Below, piece by piece: positions 18,481 to 27,151 of a stretch of DNA of 64,000 nt. The first letter of the stretch is position 1, and each line of letters opens with the position of its first letter. The stretch comes from Desulfomonilia bacterium (lineage in GTDB: Bacteria > Desulfobacterota > Desulfomonilia > UBA1062): contig CAXXDQ010000006.1 in assembly GCA_963664325.2 (NCBI GenBank), forward strand, positions 1 through 64,000, written 5' to 3'. Both the position numbers and the translations under genes were made by a program. Below the pieces are notes generated by a model. That model had not been told where the DNA came from, ran no database searches, and saw only the letters and a list, made by a program, of their open reading frames with translations.

Positions 18481-20832
18481 ATGACGCAACTCACTTTAAA
18501 GGAATGGATATCAAGGGCCGAAAACGATAAGCGCTTTATTGAAAATGTCACCGCCTTCAAGAGGCTTGAGGCGTCAAGCGGAAGCTTTTCTCCCTGTCCG
18601 GCCTGGGTGGATGAAAGAATCAGAAAGGTGCTTGAGGCCCGTGGCATAAAAAGGCTGTACAGCCACCAGTCGGACGCAATCGAACTGGTGAGAAAGGGAA
18701 AGGATGTCGTCCTGGTCACGCCCACGGCCAGCGGAAAGACCCTGTGCTACAATATCCCGGTGCTCCAGGCGATCATTGAAAAGCCCGAGACCAGGGCCCT
18801 TTACATGTTCCCCACAAAGGCGCTCGCACAGGACCAGCTGCAGGAGGTCCACAGCCTGATTACTGAGCTTGATATGAACATCAAGACGTTCACCTATGAC
18901 GGAGATACGCCCGATGATGCCCGGCAGGCGATACGCAGACAGGGGCATATCGTGATCACCAACCCTGACATGCTGCATACAGGCATCCTGCCCCATCACA
19001 CGAAATGGCAGAAGCTGTTCACAAACCTGAAATATATTGTGGTCGACGAGCTCCACATCTACCGCGGGATATTCGGCAGCCACCTGGCGAATGTTTTCAG
19101 AAGGCTTAAAAGGATATGCAGTTTCTACGGGAGCAACCCTGTTTTTGTCTGCTGTTCGGCAACCGTAGCCAACCCCAAAGAGCATTCGGAGGCCGTGCTG
19201 GAGAAGGAAGCTGTCCTGATCGACAAAAGCGGGGCTCCGCGCGGGGAAAGGACGGTTATCCTTTATAACCCGCCGGTGGTGAACCGTGAACTCGGCATCA
19301 GGCAGAGCGCCATGGTGCCGGCGCGTGAAATCACCAAAAGCCTTATAGATAACGGCATACAGACCATTGTTTTTGCAACCTCAAGGCTCAATGTCGAGGT
19401 GCTGACGAAATATCTGAAGGATGCGTTTGCCGAGGGCAGGCTGCCTGAAAGCAGCAGATTCATCTCAGGCTACAGGGGCGGCTATCTGCCCGGGACCAGG
19501 CGCGAGATCGAAAAGGGCCTGCGGGACAAGGAGGTAATGGGCGTTGTAAGTACGAATGCGCTTGAACTGGGCATCGACATCGGCAACCTCGAGGCCTGCG
19601 TTATGACCGGATATCCCGGCTCCATTGCGAGTCTCTGGCAGCAGGCGGGCCGGGCGGGACGGAAGAAGGATGCAAGCCTGGCCGTACTTGTGGGGAAGAG
19701 CATGCCCGTCGACCAGTTCATGATGGAAAACCCGGACTTTCTTTTCGGCAGCCCGCCCGAGCACTGCCGGATAAATCCCGACAACCTCCTGATCTTGCTC
19801 CATCACATAAAATGTGCGGCATTCGAGCTGCCCTTTACCGAAGGGGAGAGTTTCGGAAATGAAAACATCAAAGAGATTCTCGACTACCTTGCCGAAAAAG
19901 GCGTTCTACACAAGACGGGCGGACAATGGCATTTTTCCGCCGACAGCTATCCGGCTGATGATGTCAGCCTGCGCACGGTAAATCCGGACAATGTCGTGGT
20001 CATTGATGAAACCCTTACAGGCTCAAGCAGGATCATAGCCGAGGTGGATTTCGACAGTGCGTTCACTACGGTTCATGAGGGCGCGATCTACATGCTGGAA
20101 TCGAGGCAGTATCACGTGGATAAATTTGATGTCGAGAGGCGCAAGGCCTATGTCCATCAGGTGGACTCGGATTATTATACGGACGCCATGACCTGGACCA
20201 ATGTCTGCGTGCTGGACGAGTTTTCAAATAAAAAAAACGGGGCAGTAACGGTCGAGCATGGCGAGGTCGAGGTCGTCAGGAAGGTCGCCGGTTTCAAGAA
20301 GATCAAGTTCTATACCGGTGAAAATGTCGGATTCGGTGATGTGAACCTGCCGCAGAACGACATGCATACGACGAGCTACTGGTTTACCATCCCCTGGCAG
20401 GTGCTCGACACCCTTGAGCTTACGCGCGGACAGATGCTCGACGGCCTTATGGGGCTCAGCTACTGCCTTCACCAGCTGGCGGCGATATGGCTGATGTCCG
20501 ATGTGCGCGACATAGACCGGGCCATAGGCGACAAATCCGGCCAGTGGTATATAAAAGGAGGCCGGGACAGGTTGTCCTCAGATAAAGGCACGGAAACTCC
20601 GGTCGGACTCTTCGACCCCACGATATTCATCTTTGACGCATACCCGGGAGGCATAGGATTTTCCGAACTCCTGTATGAGATGCACGAAGACATCCTTCAG
20701 CATGCCAGGACGCTGATCAATGTCTGCCCCTGCGAAAACGGCTGCCCCTCATGCGTCGGCCCGCGCCTTGAGGTAGGCCCCGACGCAAAGTATGCCGCCC
20801 TTGAGATACTCGGGTTGATACTTGGAAAATAA
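18481..20832 (+). CDS. YprA/MrfA-like DEAD/DEAH helicase with C-terminal DUF1998 Zn domain
   Basis: TPTASGKT, PTKALAQDQ, DELH, SAT, TNALELGIDIG, QQAGRAGR, D.YPGGIG and CPCENGCPSC. Confidence 0.95.
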   Translation: MTQLTLKEWISRAENDKRFIENVTAFKRLEASSGSFSPCPAWVDERIRKVLEARGIKRLYSHQSDAIELVRKGKDVVLVTPTASGKTLCYNIPVLQAIIEKPETRALYMFPTKALAQDQLQEVHSLITELDMNIKTFTYDGDTPDDARQAIRRQGHIVITNPDMLHTGILPHHTKWQKLFTNLKYIVVDELHIYRGIFGSHLANVFRRLKRICSFYGSNPVFVCCSATVANPKEHSEAVLEKEAVLIDKSGAPRGERTVILYNPPVVNRELGIRQSAMVPAREITKSLIDNGIQTIVFATSRLNVEVLTKYLKDAFAEGRLPESSRFISGYRGGYLPGTRREIEKGLRDKEVMGVVSTNALELGIDIGNLEACVMTGYPGSIASLWQQAGRAGRKKDASLAVLVGKSMPVDQFMMENPDFLFGSPPEHCRINPDNLLILLHHIKCAAFELPFTEGESFGNENIKEILDYLAEKGVLHKTGGQWHFSADSYPADDVSLRTVNPDNVVVIDETLTGSSRIIAEVDFDSAFTTVHEGAIYMLESRQYHVDKFDVERRKAYVHQVDSDYYTDAMTWTNVCVLDEFSNKKNGAVTVEHGEVEVVRKVAGFKKIKFYTGENVGFGDVNLPQNDMHTTSYWFTIPWQVLDTLELTRGQMLDGLMGLSYCLHQLAAIWLMSDVRDIDRAIGDKSGQWYIKGGRDRLSSDKGTETPVGLFDPTIFIFDAYPGGIGFSELLYEMHEDILQHARTLINVCPCENGCPSCVGPRLEVGPDAKYAALEILGLILGK

Positions 20833-20847
20833 AACCTGATAAAACGA

Positions 20848-20885
20848 GCCCGCTGTCTGCCTCTCTGGGAAGGCAAACAGCGGGC
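20848..20885. terminator. stem-loop downstream of the helicase
   Basis: GCCCGCTGTCTGCCT / AGGCAAACAGCGGGC, 14/15 paired. No clear plus-strand U tract. Confidence 0.55.
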
Positions 20886-21108
20886 CGGAGATCTGGAGAG
20901 CATGCCCTTGGTTTGAATCACGGGCTAGTTTTCTCCAATAAAGGGGTATTGCTTTGACATATTCCTTCACTGCCTGCAGCCTGATATGAGTTAGACTGTC
21001 CGGCATCAATGTGGTATTATGTACTTCGGGCAGGGAATGAATCCTGCTGTTCACTCTCATATGAATGGCATTGATGGTTGTAACGAATGGATTCCTTGAG
21101 GAGGAAAT

Positions 21109-22320
21109 ATGATGCGTAATGTCCTGTATGCTGTACTCATTATTGCATTACTCGGCGTTTCCGGATGCAGGGTTGCCGGCACTGTCTCGAATGGGGGCAC
21201 ATCGCTTGAGGGGATTCCTGTTGTCCTGACCGGAGGGCAGTCCATGTCCACTGCGACCGACAGTGAAGGTGCGTACATGTTCCGGTACCTCAAACCCGGG
21301 ACCTATACCGTGGCACCTTCCCTGGCCGGATATACCTTCGACCCGGCCAGCTATACCGTAACTATAAGGATCGGCGACGCACGCGGTTTGAAGGGTCTGG
21401 ATTTCACGGTGGTCTCTGTATCCGAGCCGCCGGAAACGTCTCCTGAGGAGATGGGGCCGTACCATGTGGGATATTATAAGACCTCATATACGATAGAGCC
21501 GTACGGAACTTATCAGGCCGTTATACGCTACCCGGCATTATCCGACGGACTCCGCACCCTGAAGGATACCAGGGGCAGCCCGTACCCGGGAATCGGGGTT
21601 TGCAACGGGCTCCTGGGCCAGGAATCGCAGATCACATGGATAGCCGAGCACCTCTCTTCGCACGGATATGTGACGATCTGCTTCACCCCGCCCAAACCCG
21701 ACTCCTTCGATATCACCCAGTGGGCAAACGGGTTGAACTCCGGCATTATGAGAATGAAGAACGAGTCGCAGATGGCCAATTCACCGGTGAGCGGCCTCCT
21801 TGATCTTGAAAGGTTCGGCTCGATCGGGCTTTCCATGGGCGGTGGCGGAAGCCTCGAGGCCACCGGCTCGCAGGGCTCCGAGATTGACGCCGCGGTAGCC
21901 CTGGCGCCAGCTGGATACAGTTGGGACGCCGATGCCATGGCTGCGGCCGGTAACATAATTGTGCCCACACAGATACAAGTTGGGACTAATGACGGGCTGG
22001 TCCCTCCGGCGGATGCCAGGCCCTATTATGATTCCGTTATCCCGGGCGGGACCACAAAGGAATATTTGGAGATAACCGGCGGCAACCATATCGGGTTCAT
22101 CGACGAAACGTATGCCGAAATAGCCGCGATGCTCAAAATAGATAATCCCATAGGCATCGCGTTCGCCGAGCAGCGCCGCCTCTCGGGCAAGTATTTCACG
22201 GCCTGGTTTCAGTATTATCTGAAGGGGCTTATAAGCTACTATGTTTACCTGTACGGACAGGAGGCGCAGGATGATCATATTTCGGGAAAGCTGTCCGAGT
22301 TGCTGTACAATGTACCCTGA
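21109..22320 (+). CDS. lipoprotein with a transthyretin/carboxypeptidase-regulatory-like domain and a cutinase/PET-hydrolase-family alpha/beta hydrolase
   Basis: Lipobox VSGC. Catalytic-domain motifs WIAEHLSSHGYV, GLSMGGGGSL (Ser), VGTNDGLVP (Asp), YLEITGGNH (His) and KYFTAWFQYYL. Confidence 0.85.
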   Translation: MMRNVLYAVLIIALLGVSGCRVAGTVSNGGTSLEGIPVVLTGGQSMSTATDSEGAYMFRYLKPGTYTVAPSLAGYTFDPASYTVTIRIGDARGLKGLDFTVVSVSEPPETSPEEMGPYHVGYYKTSYTIEPYGTYQAVIRYPALSDGLRTLKDTRGSPYPGIGVCNGLLGQESQITWIAEHLSSHGYVTICFTPPKPDSFDITQWANGLNSGIMRMKNESQMANSPVSGLLDLERFGSIGLSMGGGGSLEATGSQGSEIDAAVALAPAGYSWDADAMAAAGNIIVPTQIQVGTNDGLVPPADARPYYDSVIPGGTTKEYLEITGGNHIGFIDETYAEIAAMLKIDNPIGIAFAEQRRLSGKYFTAWFQYYLKGLISYYVYLYGQEAQDDHISGKLSELLYNVP

Positions 22321-22359
22321 TTCAGGAAGGGTTAACCCAGCAGCTTTTGAGGCGATTTT

Positions 22360-24003
22360 ATGCCTGAAAGGAGTTGTGGCGTGACTTTACTCAAAATATC
22401 AAAATCTATCTCTTTGATGTGGATGGTGTTCTTAACGGCAGCTCTCAGCGGCTGCGGCATGAAAGTGACAGGCACAAGCCCGTCGAATGGGGCCACAGGC
22501 GTTGCCCCCGACACAGTCATTACGGTCAGCTTCAACTTTGAAGCCAAGCCGGAAACCGTGAATGCCGGAACATTCCTGGTGATGGACAGTCTGGGCAACC
22601 CTGTTGAGGGAACTGTCATGTACAGCAAAAAGATCGCAACCTTCACCCCTCAAAGCGGCCTGGGAACGGCCATGGACTTCATCGTCACGATCAAGGCTGA
22701 TGTCACGAATGTATTCGGCCTGACCATGGGCTCTGATTACGTATTCAATTTCACCAAAAAAGTCTGGGGACCGGCCGGGGCCATAGAGGCTTATGACGCC
22801 GGAAATGCATTGTATCCCCAGGTGGCAATGGATGCTGGCGGAAACGCTGTATCTGTCTGGGAACAGTGGGACGGAACAGGATACAACATATGGGCCAGCC
22901 GGTATACACCTTCTGGCGGGTGGGGTACGGCTGAACTTATCGAAAATGACGACGCCGGATGGGCAGAGCATCCACAGGTAGCCGTCGACACAGGCGGCGA
23001 TGCGGTTGCTGTCTGGGAGCAGTCGGACGGCAGCCGGTACAACATATGGGCCAACCGTTATACACCGGCTGGCGGGTGGAGCACAGCCGAGCTTATCGAG
23101 GCGGACAATGCCGGGGATGCATATGAGCCTCAGGTAGCCATTGACTCCGAAGGCAATGCGATTGCGGTCTGGCACCAGTGGGATGGCACCAGGTACAACA
23201 TATGGGCCAACCGGTATACACCCGGGAGCGGGTGGGATGCGGCCGGGCTCATTGAGACGGACAACGCGGGGCATGCAAAGAACCCCCAGGTGGCCATGGA
23301 CCCTGATGGCAACGCTATGGTGGTATGGTACCAGTCGGACGGCACTATGAACAGCATACTGGCAAACAGGTATACACCGGCGAGCGGCTGGGGCACTCCC
23401 GAACCCATCGAAACTGACAATGCCGGAGATGCATGGGATCCCCAGGTGGCCGTTGACTCCGAAGGCAATGCGATTGCCGTCTGGTATCAGTCGGCAGTCT
23501 CACGCTACAATATCTGGGCGAACCGTTATACACCGTCGGGAGGCTGGGGCGCGGCCGGGCTCATCGAGACAAAAAACACAGGAGATGCAATGTATCCCCA
23601 GGTAGCCGTGGACCCGGCAGGTAATTCAGTTGTTGTCTGGATGCAGTCGGACGGAACCCGGAACAATATCTGGGCCAACAGATATACCGCGTCGCACGGA
23701 TGGAGCACGGCCGGTCTCATAGAAACGGACAATGCCGGTGACGCATATGAGCCCCAGGTAGCTGTAGATTCGCTCGGCAATGCTATTGCGGTCTGGGCAC
23801 AGTACGATGGCACCCTGTTCAGTATCCGGGCCAGCCGTTACATACCGGGCGGCGGGTGGGGTACGGCCGGGCTTATCGGGATCGACAACACAGGTAATGC
23901 AGCCTGGCCTCAGATAGCCATGGGTCCGGACGGCAGTGCGATCGCAGTCTGGCGGCAGTCGGACGGCACATGGTGGAGCATCTGGGCCAACCGCTTCGAG
24001 TAA
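22360..24003 (+). CDS. lipoprotein with an Ig-like (Big_5-type) domain and 8 x 52 aa repeats (probable beta-propeller)
   Basis: Lipobox LSGC, TSPSNGATGVAPDTVITVSFN Ig signature and eight W..A.LIE.DNAG.A..PQVA.D..GNA.AVW.Q.DG..NIWANRY repeats. Confidence 0.85.
   Translation: MPERSCGVTLLKISKSISLMWMVFLTAALSGCGMKVTGTSPSNGATGVAPDTVITVSFNFEAKPETVNAGTFLVMDSLGNPVEGTVMYSKKIATFTPQSGLGTAMDFIVTIKADVTNVFGLTMGSDYVFNFTKKVWGPAGAIEAYDAGNALYPQVAMDAGGNAVSVWEQWDGTGYNIWASRYTPSGGWGTAELIENDDAGWAEHPQVAVDTGGDAVAVWEQSDGSRYNIWANRYTPAGGWSTAELIEADNAGDAYEPQVAIDSEGNAIAVWHQWDGTRYNIWANRYTPGSGWDAAGLIETDNAGHAKNPQVAMDPDGNAMVVWYQSDGTMNSILANRYTPASGWGTPEPIETDNAGDAWDPQVAVDSEGNAIAVWYQSAVSRYNIWANRYTPSGGWGAAGLIETKNTGDAMYPQVAVDPAGNSVVVWMQSDGTRNNIWANRYTASHGWSTAGLIETDNAGDAYEPQVAVDSLGNAIAVWAQYDGTLFSIRASRYIPGGGWGTAGLIGIDNTGNAAWPQIAMGPDGSAIAVWRQSDGTWWSIWANRFE
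22765..24000 (+). repeat. coding tandem repeat, 156 bp period, 8 units
   Basis: Units start at TGG 22765, 22921, 23077, 23233, 23389, 23545, 23701 and 23857. Confidence 0.95.
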
Positions 24004-24072
24004 ATGCTGGCCTGTATCCAGCTGCAGGAGAAAGACTTTATGTATTTGTACAAGGGTTAGAGGAGGACAATC

Positions 24073-25557
24073 ATGACAGTGCTATGTAAACCGAAATTTA
24101 TCTCTTTTATGGGGATGGCAGCAGTGCGTTATGGGTGGCAGTTTGTTCTGCTGCTCCTGGGGCTTATCCTGACAACATCATGCAGCGGCGGGACCGTAGA
24201 TGTGGATCCGGCCGCACCGGGAATACAAATTCCGGACGATTTCCTGGGCATTTCAGTGGAATGGAGCAGCGTCCCGGACTACCTCGGCGACGGCGCCGGC
24301 GGAGTGCGTCCCACCGTAGTGACGCTTTTGCGTGACTTTGAGTCCGAGGGGCATAAGGTGTCCGTGCGCATCGGTGGAAACAGCGAGGACCTGTCATGGT
24401 GGAACCCGCTGGGAGAGACCCCTCCGCCAGGAGTGACCATTAACATAGGGCCGGCACACCTTTCCACTCTGGCGGCACTGGCTGAGGTCTTGAATACGCG
24501 CCTGATTTTAGGGCTGAATCTTGCACTGGACGACCCTGTAATTGCTGCCAACCTTGTCAATGCGGTTTACGGGACTGTTCCCCGGGAGGCGGTCCAGGCC
24601 TTCGAACTGGGCAACGAACCTGATCTGTATGTCTCCGACAGCCATCATCGCAGTTTGGGATATGGCTGGAACGCATATCTTGCCGACATGGAAGCCTTCC
24701 GTAGCGGTATAGCCGCACGCGTGCCGCCGGAAACACCCTTTGCGGCGCCGGCACTGGCCAACCAGTCCTGGCTGCTTAACATGGGCAGTTTCTGCACAAG
24801 GGAAAAGGACAATCTGGCTCTTGTGACTACCCATGTCTACCCGTATACCAACTGCTACAACCTGGCACCGGGGCCCGGCGCCCTCCTGAGCGAATACGCA
24901 ACCAGCGCCATCAAGGCCAGCTACAAGCCTGTTGCAACTGCCGTGCATTCAGCAGGCATGACCTACAGGATGGCAGAGATGAGCAGTGTCTCATGCGGCG
25001 GGGCGGATGGAGTAAGCAATGTATATGCCGCCGCCCTCTGGTGTGCAGATATCGCATTCCAGCTGGCCTCTGCGGGTCTTGACGGGCTCAACTTCCATAC
25101 CCCGGCGTATTATGCCGTGTTCAGCTTCGATCCTTACGGCACGCTGGTTGTCAAGCCTCCATACTACGGGATGAAATTCTTCTCACTGGCCACTGCGCAA
25201 CACGGCCGGCTGCTTCCTGTCGCTGTGAAATCGCCGGTCCGGGTGCACTCATGGGCGACCCTCGGTGATGACGGTGCGGTTCGCGTAGCACTGATCAACA
25301 TGGATAAAACCAGCAATACCGTCATTTCCCTGCGCGTACCGGGCCGGTCGGAGGCGGCAACCCTTGTGCGCCTTCGCGCCCCTGCCCTGGACTCACGGGA
25401 CGGCCTGACGCTCGGCGGGCAGACCTGGGACGGTTCGGCCGACGGCCAGCCTCTCGGGACAGCGGTGTCTGAGCCGGTGGTTTTTGACAAGGAGGCCTAT
25501 AAAGTGCCTCTTCCTGCATTGGAGGCGGTTGTGGTGACATTGGCACCGGCACCGTAA
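24073..25557 (+). CDS. GH79-family glycoside hydrolase (beta-glucuronidase-like), probable lipoprotein
   Basis: RIGGNSED, FELGNEPD (acid/base), RMAEMSSVSCGGADGVSN..AAALW (nucleophile) and PYYG. Possible lipobox TTSC. Confidence 0.88.
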   Translation: MTVLCKPKFISFMGMAAVRYGWQFVLLLLGLILTTSCSGGTVDVDPAAPGIQIPDDFLGISVEWSSVPDYLGDGAGGVRPTVVTLLRDFESEGHKVSVRIGGNSEDLSWWNPLGETPPPGVTINIGPAHLSTLAALAEVLNTRLILGLNLALDDPVIAANLVNAVYGTVPREAVQAFELGNEPDLYVSDSHHRSLGYGWNAYLADMEAFRSGIAARVPPETPFAAPALANQSWLLNMGSFCTREKDNLALVTTHVYPYTNCYNLAPGPGALLSEYATSAIKASYKPVATAVHSAGMTYRMAEMSSVSCGGADGVSNVYAAALWCADIAFQLASAGLDGLNFHTPAYYAVFSFDPYGTLVVKPPYYGMKFFSLATAQHGRLLPVAVKSPVRVHSWATLGDDGAVRVALINMDKTSNTVISLRVPGRSEAATLVRLRAPALDSRDGLTLGGQTWDGSADGQPLGTAVSEPVVFDKEAYKVPLPALEAVVVTLAPAP

Positions 25558-25630
25558 TACCGGGGCGGGGAAAATATCAGTCTGCTTAAGTTTGAAAAAA
25601 TATATATGGAATAAAAACGGGATTGAGACA

Positions 25631-25682
25631 TTATCAGGCCTCACAATTCAACAACCAGTTATCGAAGGTTGAGGCCTGACAA
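25631..25682. repeat. 52 bp inverted-repeat element (TCAGGCC...GGCCTGA), copy A
   Basis: TTATCAGGCCTCA / TGAGGCCTGACAA, 12/13 match. Confidence 0.6.
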
Positions 25683-25823
25683 CACTCTTATATGGATTTG
25701 ATGTGCTGCTCATGATAACATAATAAAAGATTCAGCTCCTTTCAAACCCACATCATAAAACGTTAAGTTCCTTTAATGAGACTGCGAGGTAATTTGTTTC
25801 ATACAATATACAAGGAGGGAGAA

Positions 25824-26336
25824 ATGGTATCAGGAAAAAAAATATTCCGGATTATGATGGCCTTTTTTACATTGAGTCTGCTTCTGGTGAGCGCCTGCAG
25901 CCAGAAGAGCGCCGATGAGAAGATGGCAGAGGGTGCGTTAAAGCTTGCCACCGGCAAGGACGCGAATGTAAAAATTAATGAGGGAAAAATTCAGGTTGAC
26001 CAGAAGGGTTCCAAGACGGAGATGGCGGAAACAGCAGCCTGGCCTTCAGATTTGTCCAGGGACGTGCCGCAATTTACCGCAGGCAAAATCCAGCGCGTGG
26101 TCAAAACTAACGAGGATGGAGGAATATGGACGTTTAATATATATCTGGCTGATATTGATGGTGATGCCATAAAGAATTATGCCGGTGCCCTGAAGGAAAA
26201 AGGCTGGCGGGCAGACATCATGCAAATGGGTGATAAGGGTGGGTCCCTGAACGGGCAGAAGGGGACTATGGGCATTAACTTTATGTACAGTTTGGAAAGA
26301 AAGGATGGCATGCTGGCTGTATTTAACAGGCCATAA
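25824..26336 (+). CDS. hypothetical lipoprotein
   Basis: AAGGAGG RBS before ATG 25824, lipobox LVSAC, WP.D.P..VP and Y...LK..GW pattern. Confidence 0.8.
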   Translation: MVSGKKIFRIMMAFFTLSLLLVSACSQKSADEKMAEGALKLATGKDANVKINEGKIQVDQKGSKTEMAETAAWPSDLSRDVPQFTAGKIQRVVKTNEDGGIWTFNIYLADIDGDAIKNYAGALKEKGWRADIMQMGDKGGSLNGQKGTMGINFMYSLERKDGMLAVFNRP

Positions 26337-26378
26337 TGGACACGACAGGGGGTTAAAAAACAATAACTGGGAAATGGC

Positions 26379-26431
26379 ATCAGGCCTTGAAATTTGACAA
26401 TCTAACTGTTTTCCATGTTTCATGGCCTGAT
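26379..26431. repeat. 53 bp inverted-repeat element (TCAGGCC...GGCCTGA), copy B
   Basis: ATCAGGCCTTGAAA / TTTCATGGCCTGAT, 13/14 match. Confidence 0.6.
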
Positions 26432-26458
26432 TGTCAAACTTACTCTTTTTTACGGTTT

Positions 26459-27136
26459 TTATAAAACAAGCTTGTAGCCTATTCCGTATACCGAACAGAT
26501 GATCTCCCTATCCGGAATGCAGGCCTCGATCTTTTTCCTCAGGTTCTTGATATGGGAATCGATTGTCCGGTCATAACCTTCATAATCATATCCCTGCACC
26601 AGGCTTATAAGCTCATTGCGTGAAAAGGCCCGGCCCGGTGATTTGATGAAAACTCTTAGCAGGCTGAACTCAATGGGTGTAAGTTTAAGCAAGTGTCCGG
26701 CAGCAATGGCCTCATGAGTATCCTCTTTAAGGATTATGTCGCCTGGTGTTCTTGCTGTAACCTCTTCTCTTGAAGTCAGGGTTCTGCGCAGCACAGCCTT
26801 TACACGTGCCACCACTTCCCTGGGACTGAAGGGCTTGCATATATAATCATCAGCCCCGAGTTCGAGTCCGAGCACACGGTCAACTTCGTCCACGCGGGCC
26901 GTTATCATGATAATAGGCACCCTGCTGAATGCCCTGATTTCCCTGCAGATATCCAGCCCGTCCTTTCCCGGGAGCATGATATCAAGCAAAACAAGGTCCG
27001 GTGTATTCTGTCTGAAAGACTCGACAGCCTTTTCCCCGCCGGCAAGGGATGTTACCCTGAAGCCGGCTTTTTTAAGGTAGTCCCTCAGTATCTCCCTGAT
27101 TTTATCCTCATCTTCAATTATCAGGACATGGTTCAT
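26459..27136 (-). CDS. baeR: OmpR-family response regulator, BaeR-like
   Basis: Receiver (IEDE, LLDIMLPG, GADDYICKPFSPREVVARVK) plus winged helix DRTIDSHIKNLRKK. Confidence 0.85.
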   Translation of the reverse strand: MNHVLIIEDEDKIREILRDYLKKAGFRVTSLAGGEKAVESFRQNTPDLVLLDIMLPGKDGLDICREIRAFSRVPIIMITARVDEVDRVLGLELGADDYICKPFSPREVVARVKAVLRRTLTSREEVTARTPGDIILKEDTHEAIAAGHLLKLTPIEFSLLRVFIKSPGRAFSRNELISLVQGYDYEGYDRTIDSHIKNLRKKIEACIPDREIICSVYGIGYKLVL

Positions 27137-27151
27137 TGTCTTCAGGCCTTT

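Noticed and set aside
18481-20832. DUF1998 helicase as DISARM/Druantia defence
   Set aside because: No methylase, DrmA/C/D or Dru partners are present, and a nearby YprB-like nuclease points to the MrfAB repair type.
22432-23274. Long antisense ORFs (also 48157..48969, 62772..63533 and others)
   Set aside because: They are shadows of well-supported genes on the opposite strand and carry no independent motifs.
22765-24000. Regular repeats as a CRISPR array or DGR target
   Set aside because: The repeats are in-frame 156 bp coding units with synonymous variation. There are no spacers, cas genes, reverse transcriptase or template repeat in the window.
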